Below, in pieces: positions 10,058-20,478 of a stretch of 59,243 bases of DNA (position 1 is its first letter; the number at the start of each line of letters is the position of its first letter). Origin of the DNA: a virus (taxonomy: Duplodnaviria > Caudoviricetes). The notes under the pieces are model-generated. The model saw nothing but the letters and a program-made list of their open reading frames with translations, was not told the DNA's origin and searched no databases. Position numbers and translations under genes: made by a program. The DNA lies in the IMG/VR virus record IMGVR_UViG_3300022690_001351, positions 1 to 59,243 of that record; one strand, written 5' to 3'.

Positions 10058-10294
10058 ATGTCATATAAAATATTAATTGACAATACAAGACTATGCTTGG
10101 ATGGTAAAAAGTGGTCATTCTTCAAAAAAGGTGATGTCATAAATACTTTACCAAAAGCAGTGGTAAAAGAGCTTTTAAAGCGTGGCACTATTGAAGAGAC
10201 ACCTAAGCCTGAGCCTAAAAATAAATCAGGTAAAAAGTCTTTAAAGCCTGCTACAGAAAACAAGGCAATTAATCCTGTTGCAGAAGATAAATAA
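10058..10294 (+). CDS. small head-region protein
   Basis: AAAGGA RBS; Lys/Pro-rich tail typical of genes between capsid and connector. Confidence 0.7.
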   Translation: MSYKILIDNTRLCLDGKKWSFFKKGDVINTLPKAVVKELLKRGTIEETPKPEPKNKSGKKSLKPATENKAINPVAEDK

Positions 10295-10304
10295 CAGGTG
10301 ATAA

Positions 10305-10982
10305 ATGCCTCATTTCGATAGCCCAATTTGTAATTATGAGTATAAGCTTATAACGCCTCCAACAGAGACGCCTGTTACTGTGGAGCAGTTCAAGGATAAG
10401 CTTAACATTGCTGCAAGTGATACAAGCAAAGACGACCTGATAGATAGGTTAATTAAAGCTGCTACTAAGATTGCCGAGCAGTTTTTAAATAGACAATTGG
10501 TTACTCAATCATGGGCATTATTCCTTGATAGGTTTGGTATACATAATCATCACCACCATAGCGACCACGGATTCCATGACTCTTTTTTTCATGAAGGAAT
10601 CACATTAAAAAAGCGCCCATTTGATTCTCTTACTAAGGTTGAATTCTATCCTGTGGATTGGAATAAAACTGATGCTCGTGATGATTTTGATATTAACAAG
10701 TTTTTTCAGACAGAGGCGACACAAGGTAGAGATGGAGAGATTATTTTATTTGATGATGAGACGTTCCCTGATACTTTCAATATTCGTCAAGCTATCCGTA
10801 TAGAATTCATAGCAGGGCAGGTGGTTGCTGATATATGCCCAGATATTGCAGAAGCTATTCTTGTCATTGCAGTTTTTATGTTTGAACATCCTGGGGATTG
10901 CAGTTGTGATGGTGGGACAGGTATTCCAGCCGAAGCAAAAGTATTACTACACCAGCATAGAGTTTATCCAAATTGTACTTGA
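10305..10982 (+). CDS. head-tail connector (HK97 gp6/phiE125 gp8-like)
   Basis: PPTETPVTVEQFKDKL, LIKAATKIAEQFLNRQLVTQSW, PDIAEAIL motifs. Confidence 0.85.
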   Translation: MPHFDSPICNYEYKLITPPTETPVTVEQFKDKLNIAASDTSKDDLIDRLIKAATKIAEQFLNRQLVTQSWALFLDRFGIHNHHHHSDHGFHDSFFHEGITLKKRPFDSLTKVEFYPVDWNKTDARDDFDINKFFQTEATQGRDGEIILFDDETFPDTFNIRQAIRIEFIAGQVVADICPDIAEAILVIAVFMFEHPGDCSCDGGTGIPAEAKVLLHQHRVYPNCT

Positions 10983-11129
10983 CATGGTGGGTTTTTTTGT
11001 ATCTCGTTGACTTTCCTAGTAAAAACCATTTTGCCCACGTGGCGTATATGGTCGTGCTTTCGGACGCATGGCATATTATCTTTCGCTAATCCATCAATCA
11101 CTTTTCTAAAAACGAAAGGCATTTTATGC

Positions 11130-11158
11130 TTGACAAGTCGCCGCCCATCGTGTAGCAT
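11130..11158 (+). promoter_or_regulatory. conserved-spacer promoter, copy 2
   Basis: TTGACA-AGTCGCCGCCCATCGTG-TAGCAT. Confidence 0.85.
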
Positions 11159-11191
11159 ATAGCATATCTTAATTTAAGACAGGAAGTCAAA

Positions 11192-11665
11192 ATGACAGAA
11201 GAAGAAGAAGAAATCGAATTTACATTTACAACAAAAGAGGAACATTTAATTAAATTATTACGTGATGTTTTTCAATTTAAAGACAGTTGCACAATTGATT
11301 TAGATGATGATTTAGGTGATATATTAGATGTTTTACTGCAATTCAAAGATTACATACAAGAAAGTTTATTTACACCTGACCGTCTTGATGTATTAACTTT
11401 AAAATCTAAAGATTGTACTAAGATAAAATGTGAACATAAGGCTATCGGACTAAATCTTGATTTTGATTTAAAACGCACGATAGAAGAGTATGTAGCAAAA
11501 GCTATACTAAGAATAATTGAGCAATTTGGTTATACTAAAGAACTACAAATACCAGAAGAAATGAAGGAAGCACTTGAAAAAATAAATATACTGAGTGTAG
11601 CAGAAATAGATAGAAGGTTAGCCAAGTTCGGACTTATACAAATTAAAAATGATTTAAATGAATAA
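11192..11665 (+). CDS. hypothetical protein
   Basis: Own promoter and AGGA RBS. Confidence 0.7.
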   Translation: MTEEEEEIEFTFTTKEEHLIKLLRDVFQFKDSCTIDLDDDLGDILDVLLQFKDYIQESLFTPDRLDVLTLKSKDCTKIKCEHKAIGLNLDFDLKRTIEEYVAKAILRIIEQFGYTKELQIPEEMKEALEKINILSVAEIDRRLAKFGLIQIKNDLNE

Positions 11666-11722
11666 AAAGCTAGAAAAAAAAGAACTGCTGGATTAATGAG
11701 TTTCGTCGAGGCATACAATGGC

Positions 11723-12694
11723 TTATAATAATCCCTCAGCCCCCAGACCTCCTATAATAGCCTCAATTAATATAATAATAACAAAGCATCTACAGTTTGT
11801 GGTTTCTTTTGCTGGAGCACCTAAGCTATTATCACCGGGATGCTTCAATAAAGAACCTCCTACCCTAAAGGGCGCACCTATTCGGACTCTTTGACGATCT
11901 GCTGCTACATGGGTTGCACGCACTACATTATCACGCTGCGTTGACCATACTTGCCATAGCAACGCCACTGCAATACCTGCTGCTATAGCCTCATCTCTAT
12001 TTTGAGGTGCTACGATAACCTCAGCCTCGGTTTGTATAGCAAAATTACTGCTATTAGTCGTTTCTGTGATCGCTATGACCTGTGACCTACCCTCTGATGA
12101 CTGTGCAAAGGCTATATCCATTTGCTTAGAAAACTCACGTGCCTTAGTTACATCGGATGCAAGGCTTTGATCAATCAGAAATTGAAACTGAGCGGTCTGT
12201 ACTGACTGTGGTAGTTGTTTTATAAATGCAACTTGTTGTGATATAATTTGTTCTTGCTCTGGTGATACATTGCCAGCAAGGAGAATAGCGAGTGCGGCTA
12301 GAGCCTTATTAGTATTCCTCTCAACTACAGCTTGCTGTGTGCCCATTATGACTACAGCTTGCTCTTCACTGTGATTATTAATATATAACGTCTTTTCCCT
12401 GTTGAAATCACTGTTGATGTCTTTTCTGATAGGGATATTAAACTGTTCTCTTATTCCAAAGCCGAATTTATTTATAGTCTTTCCATAGTGACCACGTAGA
12501 ATTGTAGTCATATTTGATTCATAGTTATCGGTATTTATAATAATGCGGTCGCTGATATAAAGAGCCGTGGCATCTTTACCTATAGTACGCAATAGTGTTT
12601 TAATGATAGGCTGGACTTGTTTTTCAAGCTTGATTTGTCTCCTGACGAGCTGGTCTCTTAGCTGCGGTATTTGGTTGGCATTTGTAACTATCAT
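11723..12694 (-). CDS. head morphogenesis protein (SPP1 gp7/Mu F-like)
   Basis: IAITET, WST..D..VRATH, HPGD, NCRC motifs. Confidence 0.9.
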   Translation of the reverse strand: MIVTNANQIPQLRDQLVRRQIKLEKQVQPIIKTLLRTIGKDATALYISDRIIINTDNYESNMTTILRGHYGKTINKFGFGIREQFNIPIRKDINSDFNREKTLYINNHSEEQAVVIMGTQQAVVERNTNKALAALAILLAGNVSPEQEQIISQQVAFIKQLPQSVQTAQFQFLIDQSLASDVTKAREFSKQMDIAFAQSSEGRSQVIAITETTNSSNFAIQTEAEVIVAPQNRDEAIAAGIAVALLWQVWSTQRDNVVRATHVAADRQRVRIGAPFRVGGSLLKHPGDNSLGAPAKETTNCRCFVIIILIEAIIGGLGAEGLL

Positions 12695-12999
12695 ACATTA
12701 TACAATCCCATGATAACTAAACAGATTGTTACTACTATTGATATTACTACAAGACAAAATAAAAAGTCTCTTATCCAACTACTACCTGACCGTCCAGCAC
12801 GTATTGGCTCTTCATGCGATGGCTCAGGAGGCGGTATATCTAACATCTCAAAAGTAAAATCACCTTCCCCTGTTGGAATCCATGTTGTGCGTACAGTGTA
12901 ACTACTACCTGTTGACATGTCCCAAGATTGTATCAGAGTAGTATCTGCCTCATCAGCATCATGCAATCTACTTGGTAATATTATTTTTTCAGTCATCAC
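12691..12999 (-). CDS. hypothetical protein, C-terminal TM
   Basis: Overlapping start/stop with neighbours. Confidence 0.6.
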   Translation of the reverse strand: MMTEKIILPSRLHDADEADTTLIQSWDMSTGSSYTVRTTWIPTGEGDFTFEMLDIPPPEPSHEEPIRAGRSGSSWIRDFLFCLVVISIVVTICLVIMGLYNV

Positions 13000-13199
13000 T
13001 TAATCCCTATATGTTTTAATGCTGCACTCCAATAATCAAGTCGTACCCTGTCCAATCTCATAGATTCGTCGTATAACTCCTCAGCATTATCATCATTGTT
13101 TCTGACAGCATTATGATAGTTATTTTTTGCTATGCAATAATTAGTTGTAGCTTGGTTAGCTTTTTCAGTTAGATTTTTTAAATCGTTACTGTCAGTCAT
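12996..13199 (-). CDS. hypothetical protein
   Basis: AAGGA RBS. Confidence 0.6.
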   Translation of the reverse strand: MTDSNDLKNLTEKANQATTNYCIAKNNYHNAVRNNDDNAEELYDESMRLDRVRLDYWSAALKHIGIK

Positions 13200-13365
13200 T
13201 GGTAAGTTCCTTTTTAAAATATTCTGGATGCTCTATTACCAACCGATACGTAAGCATTAACATTATAAATGAGACTAGAGGGGCTGATTCATGTAATTTC
13301 TGTGCTAGGAAAGCTAATCCACCCAATACGAACCAAAATAAAGAACATAAAATATACTTTTTCAT
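13192..13365 (-). CDS. small membrane protein
   Basis: Start moved to MKKYILC; two hydrophobic segments. Confidence 0.5.
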   Translation of the reverse strand: MKKYILCSLFWFVLGGLAFLAQKLHESAPLVSFIMLMLTYRLVIEHPEYFKKELTND

Positions 13366-13491
13366 CACACACCCCAAAGAACTACATAAATAAAAAATCC
13401 TACTATTGCTAATATCACAGTCCATAGTGTAGCATCAAACCAAAAATTTGATTTGGATTTTATTGATCGGTTAAATTTTGGTTTATGTCTT

Positions 13492-14847
13492 TTATTCATC
13501 CTCATCCTCTTCATCATTAATTGGGATCTCATCTTCTTCAGCAAGACCATTCCCTGCAATTGCAACACCTCCAGCAGTAAACACGACATCCCCGCCTTTG
13601 ATTTTCTTTTGATTTTGTAGTTCCCTTTTCTCATCTAAGGTCAACGATGTATTTTCATTTATGGCTTTATCACGCACGGCTCGTTTTATAGCCAAGGCAT
13701 CAACATTAACCATATCAACCACATATCGAAGATTATTCTCTCCAAATCTATTAACTAAAAGAAAGTCAGTTAATGCACTTAAAATATCATTTGTAAAAGG
13801 TATTACTCTGTTTTCGTAAAACTCAAGACGTGCCTCTGCTTTATTGTTAAATGTTGCACTTGTGCTAAACTTCATTTGTTCAGGTATTCCTAAACCTATA
13901 ATGATTCTTTTGCTAGCTTCCATTTGTAGATTAAAGAAGTCCATATCACGCAAATTCATACCCATTTGTTGCCACTCTAACCCGCCCTCAAGCAACATAG
14001 GTCTGCCAGTATTATTTGAGCCTGTATGACATTCATCAATTTGTCTTTTCGTGCGATTATATTGCTCTTCTGTCAATGTATTTGGTGCATCTGGGTTTCT
14101 GGGCTTTAATACCATTGCCCCCGTTGGCTTTGCTCCATTCATAAGCAAAGACAAATTATGATTATTACTTTCAAGATATGACTTCACCTCAAAAAGTATT
14201 GCCATAACCTCACTCATTCCAGTAGGATTATGTGCTGTGGAATCAGGATTGAAGTTTTTATCGTGTAATAATTCTGATGAATCAGGGTCTTTTGTATTAA
14301 AAATCCTGCCATTAACCACATCCTTTTTAAACATTATATTTTGTGATTGTGCAGAATTAAACTCGAACAAATCAGGAAATCCAGTTTTTTGGCTAATTTG
14401 AATTGTCATAAATTGAGGCTTAAGCAAAAACATTTCTCTTGGCGGCTGCTTAATATTACCCAATGCATTTAAATATATATCGCCTTCTAGCAACTTCCAA
14501 AGTGTCATTTGAAAAAACAATGCTTCTTTAGTTTTTTGTTCCTCAAAATTGGGGGTATTAAGTATATCAAGTGCAGCATGATCACGTATAATCTCTTTGG
14601 TCTTTTTGTCCTCAAGTGCTATAGGCAGCCCTGCAACGGCTTGACTAATAGTATCTATAGCATCATTGAGTGGGGCTATTGTTTGATATAAATGGATAAG
14701 CTCATTAGTAGTTGCCCCATGTGCAAATCTATTGCCATGGTGTACATTATGGTCAATTAAAAATGCCAGATCACGAGAGTTTGTAATACTCTTTTGCTCA
14801 GGTATTGCTATATTTTTTCTAGTAAAACTAGGTATTATTGAAAACAT
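13492..14847 (-). CDS. HK97-family portal protein
   Basis: ISQAVAGLPI, LNTPN, NGAKPTG, PMLLEGGLEWQQMG...DMDF motifs. Confidence 0.95.
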   Translation of the reverse strand: MFSIIPSFTRKNIAIPEQKSITNSRDLAFLIDHNVHHGNRFAHGATTNELIHLYQTIAPLNDAIDTISQAVAGLPIALEDKKTKEIIRDHAALDILNTPNFEEQKTKEALFFQMTLWKLLEGDIYLNALGNIKQPPREMFLLKPQFMTIQISQKTGFPDLFEFNSAQSQNIMFKKDVVNGRIFNTKDPDSSELLHDKNFNPDSTAHNPTGMSEVMAILFEVKSYLESNNHNLSLLMNGAKPTGAMVLKPRNPDAPNTLTEEQYNRTKRQIDECHTGSNNTGRPMLLEGGLEWQQMGMNLRDMDFFNLQMEASKRIIIGLGIPEQMKFSTSATFNNKAEARLEFYENRVIPFTNDILSALTDFLLVNRFGENNLRYVVDMVNVDALAIKRAVRDKAINENTSLTLDEKRELQNQKKIKGGDVVFTAGGVAIAGNGLAEEDEIPINDEEDEDE

Positions 14848-15059
14848 TATTTTTCTTTATTTTTATTCTCTATATGTTCACGTATCCCAGTTAACATAAA
14901 AGCTGACAAAACAATGGCTAACAAATATTTTCCTAAACTAAATAAATCTGTAGAATAAAATAAATGATAACCAGAAATAAAAATTACGCATAGTAATCCT
15001 AGACCATAAATTGTTATAATCGTCTCGGGTGAAAATATCTTTTTTAAGAATTTTAACAT
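14847..15059 (-). CDS. small 2-TM membrane protein
   Basis: TAATG overlap with portal, AGGA RBS. Confidence 0.6.
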   Translation of the reverse strand: MLKFLKKIFSPETIITIYGLGLLCVIFISGYHLFYSTDLFSLGKYLLAIVLSAFMLTGIREHIENKNKEK

Positions 15060-15082
15060 AATTGATCCTATAATTATATGAT

Positions 15083-15283
15083 TTAATCTTTTTGTTTGTT
15101 TGATTCTAAAATTCTTAATTGCAAAAGAAAGCTTCGGATATCTTTGTGCATCTCTATTAACATTAGCTCAGATTGAGTGGTATTATTAATATCTCTTGGT
15201 ATAGTATTATATATTTGACTTAGATGCTCCTGCACTTCTTTAAGCTGTGTTTTTAAGATATCCATTTCACTTGGTAACGGCAT
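15083..15283 (-). CDS. small coiled-coil protein
   Basis: AAGGAG RBS; flanked by 15-bp direct repeats. Confidence 0.65.
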   Translation of the reverse strand: MPLPSEMDILKTQLKEVQEHLSQIYNTIPRDINNTTQSELMLIEMHKDIRSFLLQLRILESNKQKD

Positions 15284-15307
15284 AATAATCTCCTTATAAT
15301 TATATGA

Positions 15308-15517
15308 TTAATTAATTTCTTTATCGAGAGCGTCTATATCAGCGATGGAGGTAGCCATCCCCAAATATAGGTTACCTAATATTTTAAATGCATTAACTTC
15401 ACTCATATTAAAACATTCAAGACTTGTGTCAATACTGTGCTGCATCGTTTTTAAAATTTTTTGTAACTCCTTAATCTTTACTCTTAACTCCATTATTTCA
15501 TCTCTTGATAATGCCAT
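15308..15517 (-). CDS. small coiled-coil protein
   Basis: AAGGAG RBS. Confidence 0.65.
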   Translation of the reverse strand: MALSRDEIMELRVKIKELQKILKTMQHSIDTSLECFNMSEVNAFKILGNLYLGMATSIADIDALDKEIN

Positions 15518-15532
15518 TTTGAATTCTCCTTA

Positions 15533-15784
15533 TTAATAATCTTTAAATAATTTCTTTTTTGATATAAATTCCCATGACACATGTTCCCCATTTTTCTTAA
15601 TTTGAAGCATAGTGCTAATAAATATTTTTATTTTAAATAATCCATTAAAAACATAATATTTATTATACATGTTATAGGAGCCTATTCCCCCTCTATTACT
15701 TTTATAATAGGTTTCTTTAACTATAATTGGATTTTTATAATATTTGAGATATTTTAAATTTGAAAAATTAATAGTAATATGCAT
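15533..15784 (-). CDS. hypothetical protein
   Basis: TAATG overlap with TerL stop. Confidence 0.5.
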   Translation of the reverse strand: MHITINFSNLKYLKYYKNPIIVKETYYKSNRGGIGSYNMYNKYYVFNGLFKIKIFISTMLQIKKNGEHVSWEFISKKKLFKDY

Positions 15785-17178
15785 TATAACATCCTTATTT
15801 GCGGATTAGCTTCTTGTTTCAATCGTTGCCAGTTTAAATATTGAGACATAGAGTCTACAATATCATCATGCGAGCCGTTTGGAAACTGCATCATCTCATT
15901 AGTTGCATCAGGCAACCAAGGTGCTGATTCTGGTATATACGCATTGCCAGCCTCAATTACTGGTGATGCAAAACTCATTCTAGTAACCTTATCACGCTCA
16001 GGATTGATTTTCAAGATATTCATAGTTCGGTCACCTCTGAACTCTTGTATCAAAGACGTACCAGAGCCTTTGTCTTCAATTAATATGGCATGTGGTTTAT
16101 ATTTACTTGCTAATGATTTACACATTCGTTTTAACTCAGGAAACTCAAGTTTAGCTCGATAGGTGTCAATCCAATAATGCCCCTTAGCCGTCTGCAACCA
16201 CGTTGTACATACTGAATAGTCACTACCTGTATTGTCCTTCATAGCCGTATCCCATGACTGAATAACCATAGTAACAGCCTTATCATCTGGCTGTATATTA
16301 AATCGTTTAAACCAATCTATTTTTATCATGCCTCCACCTAATGGGGCAGGGCGTTGTTGATATTGACCAGCATATGCATATTCTCCTAATGCAATTCGTT
16401 CTTGTTTTAATTCGTTTTCTCCGTCACGTTCTGGATGTAATAAATCTCCCTCTTGGCGTGTTTGTTCAACTATACCAAAACATATAATTGTTTTTTTTTC
16501 AGCAGTCGCAGGTAAGCATACTAATTCATAACCTCCTTTTTCTTGTAGATGTCCTGTTAAATCTGACTCATGCATCCTTTGCATTATAACGATTTTGACT
16601 GCTTTTTTTTTATTATTTACCCTTGGACTTAAAGTCTGATCATACCAGTCAAGAGCAGTCTGTCTTTTTGTCTCGCTCTGAGCATCTAAGACATTATGTA
16701 AATCATCAGCAATAATATAATCACCCCCTTCGCCTGTTATCGCACCACCGACTGAGGTTGCATTTCTAAATCCATGCCTTGTCGTTGTAATCAATTCTTG
16801 AGTATTTTCAACTCTACTAAATTGTGTAGCAGGAAATAGTCGTCTATACCAATCTGATTCCATCGTTAATCTTGTTTGATTTGTTAATTTTTTAACTAAC
16901 TTATAACCATAACTAGCTACAATAATTTTAGTGCTGGGATTATGTCCAAGCAGAAAAGCTGGAAATGCTACGCTTACAGAAATTGATTTGAGACATCGAG
17001 GTGGTATATTAATTATCAGGCGTTTAATCTGACCTGCTTTACAAGCGTTAAGATACTCTGCTATTAAATCTATATGCCAATTGTGCAAATATTCAGTTAA
17101 AGGGTCTACCGTTGCAAAAGTCTGTTGAATAAAAAGGGATAAATTAGAACGCAATGTATCATTCATTCTCTTCTTCAT
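15784..17178 (-). CDS. terL: terminase large subunit
   Basis: NIPPRCLKS Walker A, ITGEGGDYIIADD Walker B, YQQRP, QSWDTA and HDDIVDSMSQ nuclease motifs. Confidence 0.95.
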   Translation of the reverse strand: MKKRMNDTLRSNLSLFIQQTFATVDPLTEYLHNWHIDLIAEYLNACKAGQIKRLIINIPPRCLKSISVSVAFPAFLLGHNPSTKIIVASYGYKLVKKLTNQTRLTMESDWYRRLFPATQFSRVENTQELITTTRHGFRNATSVGGAITGEGGDYIIADDLHNVLDAQSETKRQTALDWYDQTLSPRVNNKKKAVKIVIMQRMHESDLTGHLQEKGGYELVCLPATAEKKTIICFGIVEQTRQEGDLLHPERDGENELKQERIALGEYAYAGQYQQRPAPLGGGMIKIDWFKRFNIQPDDKAVTMVIQSWDTAMKDNTGSDYSVCTTWLQTAKGHYWIDTYRAKLEFPELKRMCKSLASKYKPHAILIEDKGSGTSLIQEFRGDRTMNILKINPERDKVTRMSFASPVIEAGNAYIPESAPWLPDATNEMMQFPNGSHDDIVDSMSQYLNWQRLKQEANPQIRML

Positions 17179-17180
17179 GC

Positions 17181-17996
17181 CTACACCGTTCTGAATTCAG
17201 TATATCCCATTGTTACAATTCTGATGCCAGCGGTTGAATTTGTATCTCTGCTTCTGATTTGAGAGGACGCATCTGTAAGAACTTGCATAGGCAACATACG
17301 AGCCTCTGATGCACCACCACCTGCTACATTACCTGATAGCGAACCCAAAGGTGAAGTAGTTATGGAAGGAGCCAAATCTGGTATATTAGGTGAAGACAGG
17401 AAATGTACACCATCATCTACTGTAGCAAAATTATAAGCATTAATTTGAGCTAATGTTTTTTTGCCTAACGGGGTACTAACAGGTCTAAGTACCGCTGCTG
17501 CTGTACCAATATTTCCAACATCTACATCAAGAGGAGGTGCATTCCACTGTATAAAAAGACCACCACCATTAGTTTCTATTGATACAAACCCTATTATATT
17601 AGCAGAACTGTCAGTTAAAACTGATCCAACATTTCTGAATGTACTAAAACCAGTTGCATCATTCAATAAGTTGATTGCTGATAGATTAGAATCAAATCCA
17701 GCATCAACAACTGCATCACTAGTACGACCGATAATAAATTTATGATACCAAGTATTAGCCGCGAGAGATAACGCACTTGGAAAGCCGCCTTGATTATCTC
17801 CTTCTGCAAAATCAACATCTATTTTTTTTGTGATTGGTGACGCTCTCTCCAGAGATGCCGTGCCGTCACTACTCCTTGCTCCACCTGCGGATATAGTTAT
17901 ATCATGATCAGGATCACCTCCTGCAACTGATGGTACGAAGCCGCTTAAAGCTCCTCTTAGTGATCGACCGCCTGTTCTAAATGCTGATGCTGACAT
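17181..17996 (-). CDS. tail-fibre-associated structural protein
   Basis: Start moved to MSASAF; DITISAG, ANTWYH, FRNVGSVLTD motifs seen in phage fibre-region proteins. Confidence 0.6.
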   Translation of the reverse strand: MSASAFRTGGRSLRGALSGFVPSVAGGDPDHDITISAGGARSSDGTASLERASPITKKIDVDFAEGDNQGGFPSALSLAANTWYHKFIIGRTSDAVVDAGFDSNLSAINLLNDATGFSTFRNVGSVLTDSSANIIGFVSIETNGGGLFIQWNAPPLDVDVGNIGTAAAVLRPVSTPLGKKTLAQINAYNFATVDDGVHFLSSPNIPDLAPSITTSPLGSLSGNVAGGGASEARMLPMQVLTDASSQIRSRDTNSTAGIRIVTMGYTEFRTV

Positions 17997-17997
17997 A

Positions 17998-18516
17998 TTA
18001 TACCCCCCAAGAAAAATTATCTGAATCACCCGTAACATCGTAAGCATCAATTGAAGTAACGTCTGTAAGCACCTCAATTGCTTGTTGATGTTCGTGTTTA
18101 ATATCACGTAGTAATTGGTCTTTATTGGCAATCTTTTTTTGTAAGGCTTTTAAATTGGTTAAAGTCAAACTAGTTACATTCCCATCATCAAAATACCAAA
18201 TTACATCACTAAGATTACTATCATTTGTAACTAAAGTAATTTTATTTTGAATTCCATTTAATGAAGCGTCATTTACAATCACATTGTTTTCATTATAAAC
18301 AACTGTGCGTACCGTCTTATCATTATATTGTTTTTCTAACTCAGACAGTTTATTTGCTTTAGTTTCTTCTAAATCACACACGGGACCGGGTGTATTACCT
18401 GCGTCAATCCAGTCTAATATTGCCTGATGATTTTCCTCCTCATTATTTGGAACAGTCATATTGCCATTAACAAAATAAGAGCCGTTTTCTAATAATTTTA
18501 CTGATGTTATGTCCAT
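17998..18516 (-). CDS. tail fibre assembly-like protein (DUF4376-like C-terminus)
   Basis: Follows fibre gene; ILDWIDAGNTP and LEETKANKLSEL motifs. Confidence 0.6.
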   Translation of the reverse strand: MDITSVKLLENGSYFVNGNMTVPNNEEENHQAILDWIDAGNTPGPVCDLEETKANKLSELEKQYNDKTVRTVVYNENNVIVNDASLNGIQNKITLVTNDSNLSDVIWYFDDGNVTSLTLTNLKALQKKIANKDQLLRDIKHEHQQAIEVLTDVTSIDAYDVTGDSDNFSWGV

Positions 18517-18523
18517 AATCTTA

Positions 18524-20290
18524 CTATAATGTTATTGCGTATCTGCTGCTTGCAGTATAAGTAAATTGAATAAAATCGTCAGCCGCTCCAGTAAATGCCT
18601 GTAAAAATGCCTCATCATTTTGTTGTGCAATGCCTGCAATCAAGGCAACCCCAGCGGTTTTGGTTGTAACGATTGTAGGCGAAGAACGCATAAATGTTGG
18701 ATATTTTACATTTTGTCGTTGTATTTGTGTAGCTGATGCAACAGGAAGTATATAAAATTGATCAACACCTACACGCTCGTGATAAAATCTTTGAGCCAAA
18801 TCCAACTCAGTACCTTTTTGTCTTCGCTCAAATTCTGTTACAACACTGTTTATCTCAAATTGTGCTTTTGAAAAATGATATATAAATGTTATTCCTGTGG
18901 GTAATACTAAAAAGAATTCCAATCGATCATTTCCAGCTGAGCCTAATGTCTTTCCTGAGATGCTTGGTATAGTAACTGTTGCAGTAAATAATTGTTCTGC
19001 GGTTGTAATATTTAAAGTTGTACCATCGGTATCTACGCTGGTACTAGGTGAACCACCAGTGCCAAAGTTCTGTCTGAATCTTGGTATAACATTAATTGCG
19101 GTATTTGCTAATGCAAAAAATGAAACAGTTACCTGCTGATTACCAGCCGCAGTGCGGACGCTCTCAATTCCTTGAGCGACAAAAGGACTGACAGATGTTG
19201 CTGCTCCAGATTGATCATGCTGATAAAAGAACTCAGGCTCGCCAGGTACATCGGTCTGTCCTAAAGTAAACGGCTGTTGTGATTGTGTATAACTACCATC
19301 ACCACCTGATCCAATCCACTGATCCATCACATAGACATTATTAGTAGTTGATGACGTACCAACGGCTGATTCTTGTATTATATCAAACTCAGGATTTATA
19401 AATAGATTTTTTCTAGCTTTAGTCTGTTCTTGGTCAAGGATTTCCTGCCCCCTCATATTAAAGAAATAGCCTGATGATGTGCTATCGCCATATAGAATAG
19501 GCTTGCTTATTTGTGTAACGCCTGTAGGCTCTGAACTTGTTAATACACCTGCTGATGTAGCAGATAAAAAGAAAAAAGTGCCAGCCGCCAGTCCTGATAA
19601 TCCTTCTATAAATCCACCAACAGTTAGTATCAAAGCATTCGCATCTGGAACGCCACTTATTATTCCTACAACTTCCGCATTAGTTGTGGTGTCCGCCTGA
19701 GCTAATACGTAATCTCCTGCCAAGTTTTGACGAACAACATTGCCAGCTACAAGTCCATGCCCTGGTTGAATTATTGATCTTCTAAGAGTTCCACCAGTGC
19801 CACCATTGACTCTTATTACTCGAATTACATCATTAGGCTCGTCAAATTTGCATTCAATATGTCTGTTAGCAGGGATAGCCCCAGCAACAAGATTTGTAAC
19901 TCCATCCGCTGCTTTTGCCTGTTTCGCAGCAAGAGTACCAACTTTTATAGTAACAGCCGAAGATGTATTGGCATTAGGGGTTAGAAATTCGATTTTCATA
20001 TCGTCCAAATATTTGAACGGAACTTTGTTCGTCCCATTACTACCAAGAGGATCGTTATTTATAGGATTCAAAACATAAGCATTTGCAATTCCACTATCAA
20101 CATAGGCCGTTGCATTTGCCGCCATACCAACCATAGCAATACTTCCTTGGTTATGATTACTTTTGTTTGGAGTTTGCCCTGAGTCAATTATAGGCTGATC
20201 TACTTCCTCTGTTATAGAATTTAGATAATCATCCTCAGCTTGTGGCTGCTCATTATTTTTAAATTTTGCTGCTGGCGAAGTTATTGACAT
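18524..20290 (-). CDS. tail fibre protein
   Basis: After gp48 homolog in tail order; KNLFINPEFDI..MDQW and ELDLAQRFY motifs, Gly/Thr-rich. Confidence 0.75.
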   Translation of the reverse strand: MSITSPAAKFKNNEQPQAEDDYLNSITEEVDQPIIDSGQTPNKSNHNQGSIAMVGMAANATAYVDSGIANAYVLNPINNDPLGSNGTNKVPFKYLDDMKIEFLTPNANTSSAVTIKVGTLAAKQAKAADGVTNLVAGAIPANRHIECKFDEPNDVIRVIRVNGGTGGTLRRSIIQPGHGLVAGNVVRQNLAGDYVLAQADTTTNAEVVGIISGVPDANALILTVGGFIEGLSGLAAGTFFFLSATSAGVLTSSEPTGVTQISKPILYGDSTSSGYFFNMRGQEILDQEQTKARKNLFINPEFDIIQESAVGTSSTTNNVYVMDQWIGSGGDGSYTQSQQPFTLGQTDVPGEPEFFYQHDQSGAATSVSPFVAQGIESVRTAAGNQQVTVSFFALANTAINVIPRFRQNFGTGGSPSTSVDTDGTTLNITTAEQLFTATVTIPSISGKTLGSAGNDRLEFFLVLPTGITFIYHFSKAQFEINSVVTEFERRQKGTELDLAQRFYHERVGVDQFYILPVASATQIQRQNVKYPTFMRSSPTIVTTKTAGVALIAGIAQQNDEAFLQAFTGAADDFIQFTYTASSRYAITL

Positions 20291-20367
20291 AACAAGATAT
20301 AATTATATTGACTAATTACATTTTATAAGTAAAAAAAAATAATGCAAGGTTTTTTTGTAATTAACAC

Positions 20368-20396
20368 TTGACAAGTCGCCGCCCATGGTGTAGAAA
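20368..20396 (+). promoter_or_regulatory. conserved-spacer promoter, copy 3 (tRNA-Glu)
   Basis: TTGACA-AGTCGCCGCCCATGGTG-TAGAAA. Confidence 0.8.
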
Positions 20397-20406
20397 TAAA
20401 ATTTAT

Positions 20407-20478
20407 GCCCCCTTCGTCTATCGGTTAGGACATCAGGTTTTCAATCTGAGTAGGCAAGTTCGATTCTTGCAGGGGGTA
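20407..20478 (+). tRNA. tRNA-Glu (TTC), CCA not encoded
   Basis: Acceptor GCCCCCT/AGGGGGT, D arm GTCT/GGAC, anticodon arm TCAGG-TTTTCAA-TCTGA, T arm GCAAG-TTCGATT-CTTGC. Confidence 0.9.

Noticed and set aside
18524-20290. Diversity-generating retroelement or invertible tail-fibre system as in Mu/P1
   Set aside because: No reverse transcriptase, template repeat, invertase or second fibre cassette seen
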